A stretch of 64,000 nucleotides of DNA from an uncultured virus (IMG/VR IMGVR_UViG_3300037601_000035) (Duplodnaviria; Heunggongvirae; Uroviricota; Caudoviricetes): the IMG/VR virus record IMGVR_UViG_3300037601_000035. The stretch is one strand, 5' to 3'. The notes under the pieces are model-generated. The model saw only the letters and a list, made by a program, of their open reading frames with translations. It searched no databases and was not told the origin of the DNA. Below, one piece after another: positions 37,041 through 47,139 of the stretch (its first letter is position 1; each line of letters begins with the position of its first letter). The position numbers and the translations under genes are program-made.

Positions 37041-39434
37041 TTATTCTCCCGGTCTTCTAGGACCAATAAATAAATCTTGTGGAGCAGGATCTGCGTCTGT
37101 AATAGTTCCATCATCATTTTGGTTTATTCTTCCAGCAGGATCATTATCCAAAAGACCTGTATCGTTTCCTGTATTTCTAGTAGAAAACCCATAATCCCAA
37201 GGTTCTTCACTTTGATTATTGTTTAAAGGAGTATAAAATCTTCCTTGTCCTAAGTTAAACATTGACATAATATCTCCAATATCTCTATCTCTACCATGTT
37301 TTAAAGTAACCGTAAATTTAACAGAAGTTGGAAAATCATCTGGACCTAAAGTTTCTCCTATTTCCATACTCATTCCTGTACAGACTAAATTTCCTATCAT
37401 CATAGCAGGATTCATAGGATTTCCTACTGTTACGTGCCATTCTCCTACAGGCTCTCCTGTAGTTAATGGATTAATTCTCATTATCTTTTCGTTTATTCTT
37501 TGAATGTCATATCCTTCCTGGAATAATCCAGAAGTAACTACTGTTTTCAATAACGATCCATCCTTATTAATATTATTTTCTATAGCGTCAACTAATTGAC
37601 CACTTGCTTTTGATAATAAAGCAACAAATCCAGAAGCCTTAGAAAATATATCAGATAAAGCAGTTTCTGAAGTACCTCCTCCAGTACTTGGCGCTCCAGA
37701 ATCATCAAAGTTTCCATCTCCGAAAGTTAATGTTCCAGAAGTATCTTGTCTATTTTCACCTGCTTTAGGAGTCTTTGGATCTGTTGGAACTTCAAAACCT
37801 CCAGCATCGATTATCTCTTTAATTGTTTTATAGCTTTCGCTTCCTATTTCTCCAGCATCTTTAATAAATCTTTGAACTAAATCAGTCCCATAATCTTTAG
37901 CAATTCCTTTATATGCTTTAAAAATTTCTGAATAATTTACTTCTCCTTCCCCTACTCCAGTAGCCATTTTTTCTAATTGTTCTACTAAAGTTTCTGGATA
38001 TGGAAGTTCTGTTGGTTGTCTATGAAACCTATAATCTCCTCCATAAAAAGATCCATTATTATATGTTAATGCATGCATATTATTCATAATATCTATCATT
38101 AACAATTTACTGTTCATTGTTCCTATTTGAGCAGCTTCATATTCAAAATTAATATCAATTGTACCTGCATCAAATTTTAGTCCTCTTGCTCTTCTCATAG
38201 TTCTGGTAACTACATTGATAGGACCATAAATTCTATTTTGCCATCCATTCGAAAATGGATCATTTTCTTTAGACTGAGTTTTAACTAATTCTAAAAGACT
38301 TTTTTTATCTCCATCTTCTAACTGTTTTTGTAACCCATATCCTTTAATAATTCTTGCTAAAGTGTCTGAATTAGTAGCTCCTGATATTTTATCTACTATA
38401 GCAGATCCATCAATAGGATTGTCTAAAAAACTAGAAGCTCCGTTTTGAATCCCATCTTTATTAATTTCAGGATTTCCTAAATCAGAATTTACATCTTCCC
38501 AGTTTGCTCCTACTGTCCAATTAGTAAAACTTCCTAAAGTATTTCCTGTTCCTTCTCCATAATAAGTAATTGCTCTAGCAGAATCAGAAGTAATATAATC
38601 ATCAGGATCATACCTATTTTTCTTTAAAATTGCTTTTAATCTTTCTTTTCCTGCAATAACTCCATTATCTAAAACAGGCAATTTAAATCTTCTAAGAGTT
38701 ATCATTTTATTATTTGGAATCCTCCCCCACCATTTACAAGCAGCGAAGTCTTTCCATTCATATTCTAAGTTTCCTATTCCATTTACTGTATTTCCAGAAG
38801 CAGTAGCGTCATTAATTGTTTTAGCATTTGACTTTCCTATATTTCCTCTGTCTATGGCACCTTTAGAAGTAGTTTGTAAATCACTTAAATTTGTATTTCC
38901 AGTATCTACAGTTTCTCCATCTTCGGTTATATTTCCACTTGTTCCATCAGAAGCTTGTATCTGAGACTGTGGATCAAATGTGCTGCTTTGTGGAGTATTT
39001 TTTCTAAGAGTCTTAGACCATTCAATAATATTCTTAGTCGTAGGATTTTGCCACTTTTCTATATCAGTATTTAATCCTTTTGTAGCTGTTTGTTTTTTTC
39101 CTTCTCCTACAAAATCATTCTTAACATTTCCAGAACTTCCGTCTAGATAAGATCCTCCATAAGAAATAAAAGCATATTTATTCATCCATGATTCTGTAGC
39201 CTTTTTCTTAGGCTTAATAAAATCATTATTTGTATTAAATATTCCAGCTTTATCTCTAAAATATTCAAATTCTTTTTCTACAGAACTTTCTACATCTCTA
39301 GGATTTGTTGCTGCTGGATCGGCTGGAGCACTAGAAGGTGGACCATCATTATTTGCAGAACCTGGCTTATCAGATTGAACAATTAAAGGATTTTTAATAT
39401 TTTCTCCGTTAATAGGAGGTGTAGTAACTGCCAT
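37041..39434 (-). CDS. Large virion structural protein (baseplate/tail-tube-associated)
   Basis: IPNNKMITLRRF, GEWHVTVGNPMNP..MIGNLVC, GPDDFP...VTLKHGRDRD; late motif at 39460-39467. Confidence 0.55.
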   Translation of the reverse strand: MAVTTPPINGENIKNPLIVQSDKPGSANNDGPPSSAPADPAATNPRDVESSVEKEFEYFRDKAGIFNTNNDFIKPKKKATESWMNKYAFISYGGSYLDGSSGNVKNDFVGEGKKQTATKGLNTDIEKWQNPTTKNIIEWSKTLRKNTPQSSTFDPQSQIQASDGTSGNITEDGETVDTGNTNLSDLQTTSKGAIDRGNIGKSNAKTINDATASGNTVNGIGNLEYEWKDFAACKWWGRIPNNKMITLRRFKLPVLDNGVIAGKERLKAILKKNRYDPDDYITSDSARAITYYGEGTGNTLGSFTNWTVGANWEDVNSDLGNPEINKDGIQNGASSFLDNPIDGSAIVDKISGATNSDTLARIIKGYGLQKQLEDGDKKSLLELVKTQSKENDPFSNGWQNRIYGPINVVTRTMRRARGLKFDAGTIDINFEYEAAQIGTMNSKLLMIDIMNNMHALTYNNGSFYGGDYRFHRQPTELPYPETLVEQLEKMATGVGEGEVNYSEIFKAYKGIAKDYGTDLVQRFIKDAGEIGSESYKTIKEIIDAGGFEVPTDPKTPKAGENRQDTSGTLTFGDGNFDDSGAPSTGGGTSETALSDIFSKASGFVALLSKASGQLVDAIENNINKDGSLLKTVVTSGLFQEGYDIQRINEKIMRINPLTTGEPVGEWHVTVGNPMNPAMMIGNLVCTGMSMEIGETLGPDDFPTSVKFTVTLKHGRDRDIGDIMSMFNLGQGRFYTPLNNNQSEEPWDYGFSTRNTGNDTGLLDNDPAGRINQNDDGTITDADPAPQDLFIGPRRPGE

Positions 39435-39474
39435 TATATACTAAGATTGAATTATAATTTATATATTTTATCTA

Positions 39475-39502
39475 AAACTTTATCACTTATACAGTGTATA
39501 AT
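39475..39502 (+). promoter_or_regulatory. AAACTWTW-N14-TATAAT promoter
   Basis: AAACTTTA 39475-39482, TATAAT 39497-39502. Confidence 0.7.
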
Positions 39503-39522
39503 AAATAAAAACAAAGGATTTA

Positions 39523-41418
39523 ATGGAAACAAAGTTATTATGTTGTGTAATGTTTAAGAATGAAGAAGAAATTCTTAAACGTTGTTTAGATTCAGTAAAA
39601 GATATAGTAGATGGTTATCTTTTAGTAGATACTGGATCTACTGATAATTCTTTAGAAATAGCTAATCAATATGAGCATGCTTATGTTAAAGAAATAGAAT
39701 TTCAAGATTTTGTTACTACTAAAAATGAAGTCCTTGACTTTGCAGAAAAGATGCCATATACTCATATTTTATGGATGGATGCAGATGAATATATTTTAGA
39801 AGAAGATGTAGAATCTTTTCAAAAAGCATATAATATTTTTAAGCAAACCAAATATGAAGTTTTAATTACTTCTATACATGACTTTCACAATGAGGTAACT
39901 GGATCTATTTATGATAGACCTAGGATATGGAAAAATATAGAATCAATTAAATTCCATGGACCATCTATTCATGAATATATTCCTTATGGAGAAGAAAATT
40001 CTTTATCATTTAAAGATTTAGAAGTTTATCACCAACATAAAACAGAAGGAAAAAATAAAAAAGAAACATTTGAATTTTATTTAGATCTTTTACATAAATA
40101 CGAAAACAATAATCCAAACGGTCCTTATTTTAGAAGATGTTTATTCTATATTGCTAGAACTTATTTTGATAGTAGAGATTGGGAAAAGTGTATAGAGTAC
40201 ACAATAAAATATAGAAAAAAATCAGAAGAAGATCAATATATTTTTAGAGAAGAATATTGGTATAGTTTATTAGATGAAGGAAAGTCTTTGAAGATGTTAG
40301 GAAGATTAGATGAGTCAGAAGAAGTATTTAAAAGAGCAATTTCTTTTTTAAGTAATAGAGCAGAAGCATATCATGAACTTGCTTTACTTTATTATTATAA
40401 TATGAAAAATCCTTTTGATGCAATTACCTTTTTAGAAGCTGCTAAAGATCTTCCATTTCCTCATGACAATATCTTATTCATAAATAGGTTTTGTTACAAT
40501 CATAAAATATTAGATCTTCTAGGAATTTGTTATGCTGAGACATTATACTTTTCTAAAGCTGTTCAAACTTATGAAAAGCTTCTAGAAGCACCAGATTTTA
40601 AAGAATATTGTCAAGATGATAGAATAATCAACAATCTAGAATTCTTTAAAGGTAATGCACAGATTAAGCCTGAAAGGTATTCTATAAATAACTATTTTGA
40701 TGAAGTTTACCTTATCAACTTAGAAAGAAGAAAAGATAGATTAACTAGAGCAACTAAAAAATTAAATGAAGCTGGAATAAGTTTTAAAAGAATGAAAGCT
40801 TATGATGGTCAATTGTTAAAAGAATTTGTAGATGAAACTATTCTAGTTAGAAGAACTCCTGGATATTTAGGATGTTTACTTTCTCATTTAGAAGTAATAA
40901 AAACTGCTTATAATGAAGGTCATGAAAAGATTTTAATTTTAGAAGATGATATTATTATTCATAGAAAAGTAAATGAAGAATTTGAAAGAATAATGAATAG
41001 CATGGTAGTTGAAAATAAAACTGAATGGGACTTATTTTATCTAGGTGGAGGAATGTGTACTGGAAGTTTTGAATTACCAGAAACTTATATTGATTCTTAT
41101 CCAATAAATGATGAAACTAGAAATGTTAGAATTTGGGAAGCATCACATGTGTGGTCAGGACATGCTTATTGTTTAAGTAGAAAACTTATGAAATGGATTA
41201 TTGATTATTATGAAGAAAACGGTTATCAATATGAATTAGATAGAGTTCTAGCAGCATTAGTACAAAGAAATGAAAACTTTAAATGTTATATGTCTTTTCC
41301 TCAGTTGTTCATGCAACACGATACAATTTCAGATAATTCTGAAGATGGAAATCACATGACAAATTATATGGACAAATTTTTAAATAAACAATATTCAATT
41401 CCAGAATATTATAAATAA
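39523..41418 (+). CDS. Glycosyltransferase fusion: GT2 - TPR - GT25
   Basis: KNEE..L.RCLDS, VDTGSTD, MDADE, IHE (GT2); TPR helices; YLINLERRKDR, GCLLSH, LILEDD, HAY (GT25). Confidence 0.85.
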   Translation: METKLLCCVMFKNEEEILKRCLDSVKDIVDGYLLVDTGSTDNSLEIANQYEHAYVKEIEFQDFVTTKNEVLDFAEKMPYTHILWMDADEYILEEDVESFQKAYNIFKQTKYEVLITSIHDFHNEVTGSIYDRPRIWKNIESIKFHGPSIHEYIPYGEENSLSFKDLEVYHQHKTEGKNKKETFEFYLDLLHKYENNNPNGPYFRRCLFYIARTYFDSRDWEKCIEYTIKYRKKSEEDQYIFREEYWYSLLDEGKSLKMLGRLDESEEVFKRAISFLSNRAEAYHELALLYYYNMKNPFDAITFLEAAKDLPFPHDNILFINRFCYNHKILDLLGICYAETLYFSKAVQTYEKLLEAPDFKEYCQDDRIINNLEFFKGNAQIKPERYSINNYFDEVYLINLERRKDRLTRATKKLNEAGISFKRMKAYDGQLLKEFVDETILVRRTPGYLGCLLSHLEVIKTAYNEGHEKILILEDDIIIHRKVNEEFERIMNSMVVENKTEWDLFYLGGGMCTGSFELPETYIDSYPINDETRNVRIWEASHVWSGHAYCLSRKLMKWIIDYYEENGYQYELDRVLAALVQRNENFKCYMSFPQLFMQHDTISDNSEDGNHMTNYMDKFLNKQYSIPEYYK

Positions 41419-41429
41419 AGGAGAATTAA

Positions 41430-41696
41430 ATGATAGAAGTAAAATATTCTAAAAAATTAAAGAAAGCAGCTGAAGGTTATTTGGTTAAATGCTTTGAAAA
41501 TAATAAACTTGGTACAGAAGCACATCCAAATTTAATTGCTGCTTCAATGGGAATTCTACAAGGAGTAGGTTGGTTTCAAGATGTACATGATAATTCTAAA
41601 TTAGATGCTTTTTTAGATAGTCTTCAAATAGAATATCCAGAAGATATAGAGGAAGAAGTAGAAGAAAAGAATAATAATAAAGGAAAGAAGAAATAA
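41430..41696 (+). CDS. Hypothetical protein
   Basis: 88 aa, AGGAG RBS. Confidence 0.65.
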   Translation: MIEVKYSKKLKKAAEGYLVKCFENNKLGTEAHPNLIAASMGILQGVGWFQDVHDNSKLDAFLDSLQIEYPEDIEEEVEEKNNNKGKKK

Positions 41697-41701
41697 AATA
41701 A

Positions 41702-41737
41702 AAAAGAGGACCTAAATTAATTTTTAAGTCCTCTTTT
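41702..41737. terminator. Bidirectional terminator between convergent genes
   Basis: AAAAGAGGAC...GTCCTCTTTT. Confidence 0.75.
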
Positions 41738-41756
41738 ATTTTATAACAAATTAATT

Positions 41757-42344
41757 TTATTTTGTAGACGTTTGTAATTCCTTTTCTATTACGTCTAAAA
41801 TAAATTGTATTCTTGTTCGTGCATCTGAAAGGTATTTTCTTAATAGTGAATCGTCTAATGCAATTTCTGATTTACTTAATGCCTCATCTATTAAATCAGA
41901 AACTTCATCTATTTGACTTCTTGTTCCTAATGCTTTAATTTCTTCATTTACTTTTTCATTTTGAAATTCATCAAAGCTTTCTATTATTTTATTTTCTTTA
42001 TTCATATTTTTATTTTCCGCATATAAATATTCTATTGGAATATTTAAAAAGTAATTTATATCCGATTCTTCTTTTATATGAAGAGTTTCACCGGTTTGAT
42101 CATTTTTAATTAACAAATCGACAATCCAGCTGTTTATTTTCTTTGTATTTGGATTATGATCTTTTGTTCTTTTATGGTTATTATATTGAATATTGCATAA
42201 ATTATAAAATTCTGAAAAAAACATATTTTTAAATACATATTCTTTTTCTTGTGTTATTTTAGATTTTTGTCCTCCATAGTCACGTATGTAAGTAATAACT
42301 CCAGAATATGTATCCGTTTTTGAAAATTGTTTGTAATTATTCAT
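41757..42344 (-). CDS. Hypothetical protein, possibly two fused ORFs
   Basis: Internal MNKENKIIESFDEFQNE resembles the N-terminal leaders of other genes. Confidence 0.55.
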   Translation of the reverse strand: MNNYKQFSKTDTYSGVITYIRDYGGQKSKITQEKEYVFKNMFFSEFYNLCNIQYNNHKRTKDHNPNTKKINSWIVDLLIKNDQTGETLHIKEESDINYFLNIPIEYLYAENKNMNKENKIIESFDEFQNEKVNEEIKALGTRSQIDEVSDLIDEALSKSEIALDDSLLRKYLSDARTRIQFILDVIEKELQTSTK

Positions 42345-42370
42345 TTGTTTTGTTCTTTATATTTTAAATT

Positions 42371-43207
42371 TTAATTTAATCCCATTGGAGGAAATAACGG
42401 TTCAATATCATCATCCTCTTCTTCGTCATAATCTTCTTCTTGGAATAAATCAGGATGCTTAGATTTTAATTCATCTAATTTAGATTTAATAGTATCTCCA
42501 GCAATCGGGAATCCCATCATAGCAATTACAGCATTTGATATTAACTCTTTACCGTCATATTCTACTACTGTAGTATCTACCCAAGTACCCATTAATAAAA
42601 CATAAATTCCTTTTGAATTTACTTTAAATTCAAATTCACCTACATTTCGATCATTAATAGAAACTTTACAAGTATAAAATTCTGACCATCCATTATGTTT
42701 TTGATATTCTAAATCTACAGAAATTCCTGCTACTACTTCTAGTTCTTCTTGTACATAGTCTAAAAGTTTATCTAAATACTTTAAATCTTCAGTAGGTCTT
42801 TTTCTTTTATCATCTGACTCTTTAAAATTATAACTATTTCTAGCATCATTTTCATTTAAAGATTCTCCAATAAGTTCTCTTCCTGCTTTTTCTACTTCCC
42901 ATGAAGCTCTTCCTGCTTCTGTTTCTGGAGAAATAGTTTGAACTTTCTTCATCTTTTTATTTTCTGTATCTATTTCATAAATATCAGAAACAAATTTATT
43001 TTCTTTCAAATATGTAAATGCTTTAAAAGTTTTATCTCCAGAAGAAAAGTCTTTTTCTACAGATTCTGTAATTTTACCTAATTTAATGTTTGATTTTTTA
43101 AAATCAAAATCACTAATAAGTTTATCTATTTTATTTTCTTTTTTAGTAGAAACATTTTTATTTTCGTTTAATCTATCTGAAAAAGATTGTGTATATTTTC
43201 TTTTCAT
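42371..43207 (-). CDS. Hypothetical virion/head protein
   Basis: MKRKYTQSFSDRLNE leader, further ITE/LNE sites, late motif at 43236-43243. Confidence 0.6.
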   Translation of the reverse strand: MKRKYTQSFSDRLNENKNVSTKKENKIDKLISDFDFKKSNIKLGKITESVEKDFSSGDKTFKAFTYLKENKFVSDIYEIDTENKKMKKVQTISPETEAGRASWEVEKAGRELIGESLNENDARNSYNFKESDDKRKRPTEDLKYLDKLLDYVQEELEVVAGISVDLEYQKHNGWSEFYTCKVSINDRNVGEFEFKVNSKGIYVLLMGTWVDTTVVEYDGKELISNAVIAMMGFPIAGDTIKSKLDELKSKHPDLFQEEDYDEEEDDDIEPLFPPMGLN

Positions 43208-43211
43208 AGTT

Positions 43212-44834
43212 CTATTTTTTATTGTTCATTTTATTTATATATTTTAATGTTTTATTGTAGGCTTCAGGATCCCAGTCTTTTAATTTTTCTAAAGCTCTTT
43301 CTTGTTCTTCCTTTGTTAATTTCAAAAATTCTTCAATTCCTGTTTTTAAATTAAATCCGCTTCCTGTATAATTATGTATAATATCCTGTATTTCTATTTT
43401 TGTTTTAGGAGAAATTATAGGATTTTTATGTAGATTTATATTTTCTATAATTTTAATTGAAGATGGAAATTTTAAAATTGTTAATTTATTTTTAATTATA
43501 GAAATACTAAATATTTTTTCATTTTTTAATCCTTCTAAACCGTTAAAATTTTCAATTTGATTGTTTGAACAATATAACATAAATAATTTTTCTAATTTTT
43601 CTAAACCTTTAAAATCTTTTAAATAATTTGTTTGTACGTTCAGAGTATAAAGAGATTTAATTTTCCCTAACCCCTTTAAATTTGTTAACTTATTATTAGG
43701 TAAAGACAAGTCTTCCACCTCTGTTAAGCTTTTAAGATGTTCTAAAGTATATAATTGGTTGTACCCTAAATTAAGATATGTTGCTTGTTGTAAGTTTTCT
43801 AATCCTTTTAAATTTGTAATGTTTAAATGTCTTATAGTAAGATATTTATGTATATGTGTTAACTGTTTAAGATCTTCTAAAGAAGTTAAATTTTCACATC
43901 CTTCTAAAATAAATGAAATTGCAACTTTTAAATGTTGAAGCATTTTAAGATTTGTTAATTTATCATCATTTAATATTTTTATAGTTCCTTCTACAGCTTC
44001 TAAATAAATATTTTCTTTTTCTAAAAAATCAAATACTTCTTTACTTAAATGAAGATCTCCTTTATAGTAGTATAACCCATTTTCTAATTTTTTTAAATTA
44101 TTTTTCTCTATCCCAAATTTTTCAAATTGATTCAATTCAATACTTAAATTCCTAGGTCTAAAGGTATTTGCTGGAATATATTTAAACAATTCTTTTGGAA
44201 TTTCTTCAAATGACATAGAATAATCTGTTGCATCAAATACGTTAGAATTTCCGTTTGGATAAATAGCTACAGCAATTTGATGTAAACTGTCTTCTTTAGA
44301 TTTTCTTTTGTCTAAAATATAGTAAAGAGTAACATCATCTCTGTATCGATACTCTTTAAAACGGTTTTGCGATCTGGTAGCAGCCGTACACCATCTAGTT
44401 CCTTGACCATATTTACAAGAAGCTTCTTCTGTATCTGGAACAACTACTCTAAAATATTCATTATCAAGAATAACCTGTATTCCCTCTTCTTTTTCTTTCT
44501 GATATTCTTTAGTTTCTAGTTTAGTTGACCCTTGATCTATTTCCTTTTTGAAATCTTCATAACTTAATCTTTGAATATCTTTATTTTTAATTAAATTTCT
44601 AGAAGATAATTTGTCAAATTCTTTTATTTGCTTTTCTAAAGCTTCTACATCAACTTTATGTTCTAAGTGATATTCGATCATTTTTTCTACATATTTAAAT
44701 GATGAACTTGGATCTATAGAAACTAATTTATCAAAAGTTTCTTTATCTATTTTATCTGTTTCTAAGAACCTTCTTTTAGCAGTTGCTTTAGATTCATTTA
44801 AAAATTCTGTATATCCTTTTACTATTTTATTCAT
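43212..44834 (-). CDS. WCT-domain + LRR protein (family B, with capsid-targeting-like leader)
   Basis: MNKIVKGYTEFLNES; SCKYGQGTRWCTAA; many LTNLKGLE LRRs; WDPEAY cap. Confidence 0.88.
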   Translation of the reverse strand: MNKIVKGYTEFLNESKATAKRRFLETDKIDKETFDKLVSIDPSSSFKYVEKMIEYHLEHKVDVEALEKQIKEFDKLSSRNLIKNKDIQRLSYEDFKKEIDQGSTKLETKEYQKEKEEGIQVILDNEYFRVVVPDTEEASCKYGQGTRWCTAATRSQNRFKEYRYRDDVTLYYILDKRKSKEDSLHQIAVAIYPNGNSNVFDATDYSMSFEEIPKELFKYIPANTFRPRNLSIELNQFEKFGIEKNNLKKLENGLYYYKGDLHLSKEVFDFLEKENIYLEAVEGTIKILNDDKLTNLKMLQHLKVAISFILEGCENLTSLEDLKQLTHIHKYLTIRHLNITNLKGLENLQQATYLNLGYNQLYTLEHLKSLTEVEDLSLPNNKLTNLKGLGKIKSLYTLNVQTNYLKDFKGLEKLEKLFMLYCSNNQIENFNGLEGLKNEKIFSISIIKNKLTILKFPSSIKIIENINLHKNPIISPKTKIEIQDIIHNYTGSGFNLKTGIEEFLKLTKEEQERALEKLKDWDPEAYNKTLKYINKMNNKK

Positions 44835-44875
44835 TTCATTTTCAGTTGATTTCCTTAATAATATATATTTTCAGT

Positions 44876-44903
44876 AAACTTTTAAATATTTTTAAAGTAT
44901 AAT
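44876..44903 (+). promoter_or_regulatory. AAACTWTW-N14-TATAAT promoter
   Basis: AAACTTTT 44876-44883, TATAAT 44898-44903. Confidence 0.7.
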
Positions 44904-44928
44904 TAATAAAAGGAGTTGCGAAAAAACT

Positions 44929-45138
44929 ATGGATAATCTTGATAACATGAGAAAAAAGGTAGAAGAACATATTGAAAAAACTATGCATGTTTCTTCTGAT
45001 GAAAGAGTAAAAAGATTAGAAACATGTTTTAGTTGTCCATATTTTATTAAATCTAATTCAAGATGCGGTAAATGTGGATGTGATATGAAAATAAAAACAA
45101 AGTTCAAAAAATTTAAGTGTCCTGATGGAAAATTTTAA
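44929..45138 (+). CDS. Small Cys-rich (zinc-binding) protein
   Basis: RLETCFSCP...RCGKCGC...KCPDGK. Confidence 0.7.
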   Translation: MDNLDNMRKKVEEHIEKTMHVSSDERVKRLETCFSCPYFIKSNSRCGKCGCDMKIKTKFKKFKCPDGKF

Positions 45139-45973
45139 AAGTATTTTAAAAAATCCTACATTTCATAGAGTAGGTTTAATAGCTATAATTGTAATTATTT
45201 TATTAATGCTTTTTGATAGCAATAAACAGATTAAAATTAATCAAAGAATACACGAGCAAAACGAAAAAGCTTTGAAAGATTCTACAATTAAATGGAAAAC
45301 AAAATGGAATACTGAATATTCTGAAAATTATGTTCTTTTACAAACAACTGATTCTTTAAGTGATTGGTCTCAAAGATTGCAAAATCAAGTAGATTCATTA
45401 AAGCTTGCTAGACCTGATACAGAAGTTATTTTTGCTCAAGAAGCAGATGTTTCAATTACAGGTTTAACAGGAGATTCTACAAATACTCAAATGACTTATA
45501 ATGATGGAAAAGGTAAATTCTCTTGGTTCTTTGATAAACAAGAACAAGGGTTAAGTAGATATTTAAGTGGAGAAACTGATTATTCTGTAGAAGTAAGTGG
45601 AGATAATGTAGTTATTTTTCCAGGAAAAACGTATATAACTAGAGATGATTACAATATAGAAATATTTATGCTTACTACAATGAATGATGATAATAGCATT
45701 TCTGTTATAGCAACTTCTCCAAATGAAAATGTAAGCATAGATCAAGTAAAAAGTGTTATTGATCCTTTAGTAGTAGAAAAATTTGTTGACAAATACATTC
45801 CTAGAGAAAATAAAGATGTTGAAATTAACTGGGGAATTCAGGCAGGTATAGGAGTAAATCCTTTTCCAGGACAAGAAAATACTACAGGTCCAATATTTTA
45901 TTTAGGATTAGGAGTTCAATACGAATTAGGAAATATTTTAGAGTTTGATTTTAAAGACTTAAGCCCATTTTAA
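45125..45973 (+). CDS. Membrane-anchored coiled-coil protein, spanin candidate
   Basis: N-terminal TM, coiled coil, C-terminal amphipathic beta strands WGIQAGIG...YLGLGVQY. Confidence 0.5.
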   Translation: MENFKSILKNPTFHRVGLIAIIVIILLMLFDSNKQIKINQRIHEQNEKALKDSTIKWKTKWNTEYSENYVLLQTTDSLSDWSQRLQNQVDSLKLARPDTEVIFAQEADVSITGLTGDSTNTQMTYNDGKGKFSWFFDKQEQGLSRYLSGETDYSVEVSGDNVVIFPGKTYITRDDYNIEIFMLTTMNDDNSISVIATSPNENVSIDQVKSVIDPLVVEKFVDKYIPRENKDVEINWGIQAGIGVNPFPGQENTTGPIFYLGLGVQYELGNILEFDFKDLSPF

Positions 45974-45974
45974 T

Positions 45975-46967
45975 ATGAAAGATAAAAATAAATTTGTAAA
46001 TTTTGATGAAGATCAAATAAAAGAATTAGAAGAAAGAGAAAAACAACTTGGTGTAAATCAAGACGTAAATGAAAAACCTTCAGAAGAACCTGAAGAAGAG
46101 CAAGAAGAAACGAAACCTTCGGAAAAGAAACTTTTTGTAGAAGAACCTAAAGATAATAATGTAGGTTACATAGAATTAAATAAAGAAATAATTCCTTCTG
46201 CTGTAATGTTTTACCCTGAAAATTCTACATTTAGAATTAGAGGAGGACAAACAACTGAAATAAGAACGTTTTCTTCTTATGCACAAAAAGATGCATATAC
46301 TATAAACCAATCTATAAATGGAATACTAAATCCTACAGTAAAATATTCAGTAGGACCAAAACAATATAGTACTAATTATATGTTAGAAATGGATAAAATC
46401 TTTTTCTTATTAGCAGTAAGAGATTTAACTTTTTATCATATTCCAAATAAAATAAAAAATCCTTCTAGTTGTCCTAAATGTGGACAAGCCTGTGGAATAG
46501 AAATATTTACAAGCAATACAGTATTTTTTGAAGAAGACCAGAATTTATCTAATTTTTACAATGCTTCTAAAAGATGTTATAGTTTTAATTTTAATGATGG
46601 AGAAACTTTAGAAATTAAACCTCCTATGATTTTAACTACAAGCGTTATAGAAAATTATATTTCTACTAAAAGAAGAAAAGGAAATAAAGTAGAAGTTGAT
46701 ATTTTAGAAAATATTAAATATCTAAATCTTGATTGGGAAAATATGACTGAAGATAGATTAGATAATCAAATTCTAGAAACATATAAATGGTCAACTGAAA
46801 AATATTCTTTATTTTTAAAAGTTATAGAAGATTTTAAAAAGCAAATGGTAAATAAGACAATAGATAATTGTAAATCCTGCGGTGCCGAGGTCACCGTACC
46901 CTTTCAGTTTCCCTCAGGACTTTTATCCATCTTCCTTGTTTCTGATCCGTACAGATTCGCTAAATAA
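45975..46967 (+). CDS. gp26-like baseplate hub/tail assembly chaperone
   Basis: LPS-like IPS..FYP, DKIFFLLAVRDLTF, CPKCG and CKSCG, C-terminal FPSGLLSIF. Confidence 0.6.
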   Translation: MKDKNKFVNFDEDQIKELEEREKQLGVNQDVNEKPSEEPEEEQEETKPSEKKLFVEEPKDNNVGYIELNKEIIPSAVMFYPENSTFRIRGGQTTEIRTFSSYAQKDAYTINQSINGILNPTVKYSVGPKQYSTNYMLEMDKIFFLLAVRDLTFYHIPNKIKNPSSCPKCGQACGIEIFTSNTVFFEEDQNLSNFYNASKRCYSFNFNDGETLEIKPPMILTTSVIENYISTKRRKGNKVEVDILENIKYLNLDWENMTEDRLDNQILETYKWSTEKYSLFLKVIEDFKKQMVNKTIDNCKSCGAEVTVPFQFPSGLLSIFLVSDPYRFAK

Positions 46968-46971
46968 GGTA

Positions 46972-47136
46972 ATGTCTAAATTAATATTTGAAAGATTTCC
47001 AATAAGTCTTTCAGATGTAGATTCTATTGATTATTTTAGATTTGAAGAAATTTTAGAAAACTTAGTAGAATTTAGTAAAGAACAAAAGAAAAAGAAACAA
47101 CAACCAATTGATCCTACATTAAGGAAAGATATATAG
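46972..47136 (+). CDS. Small chaperone partner ORF (frame open from 46864; possible frameshift extension of 45975)
   Basis: SLSDVDSIDYFRFEEILENL pattern typical of ORFs following gp26-like genes; ATG 46972 with AAGG upstream. Confidence 0.5.
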   Translation: MSKLIFERFPISLSDVDSIDYFRFEEILENLVEFSKEQKKKKQQPIDPTLRKDI

Positions 47137-47139
47137 ATT

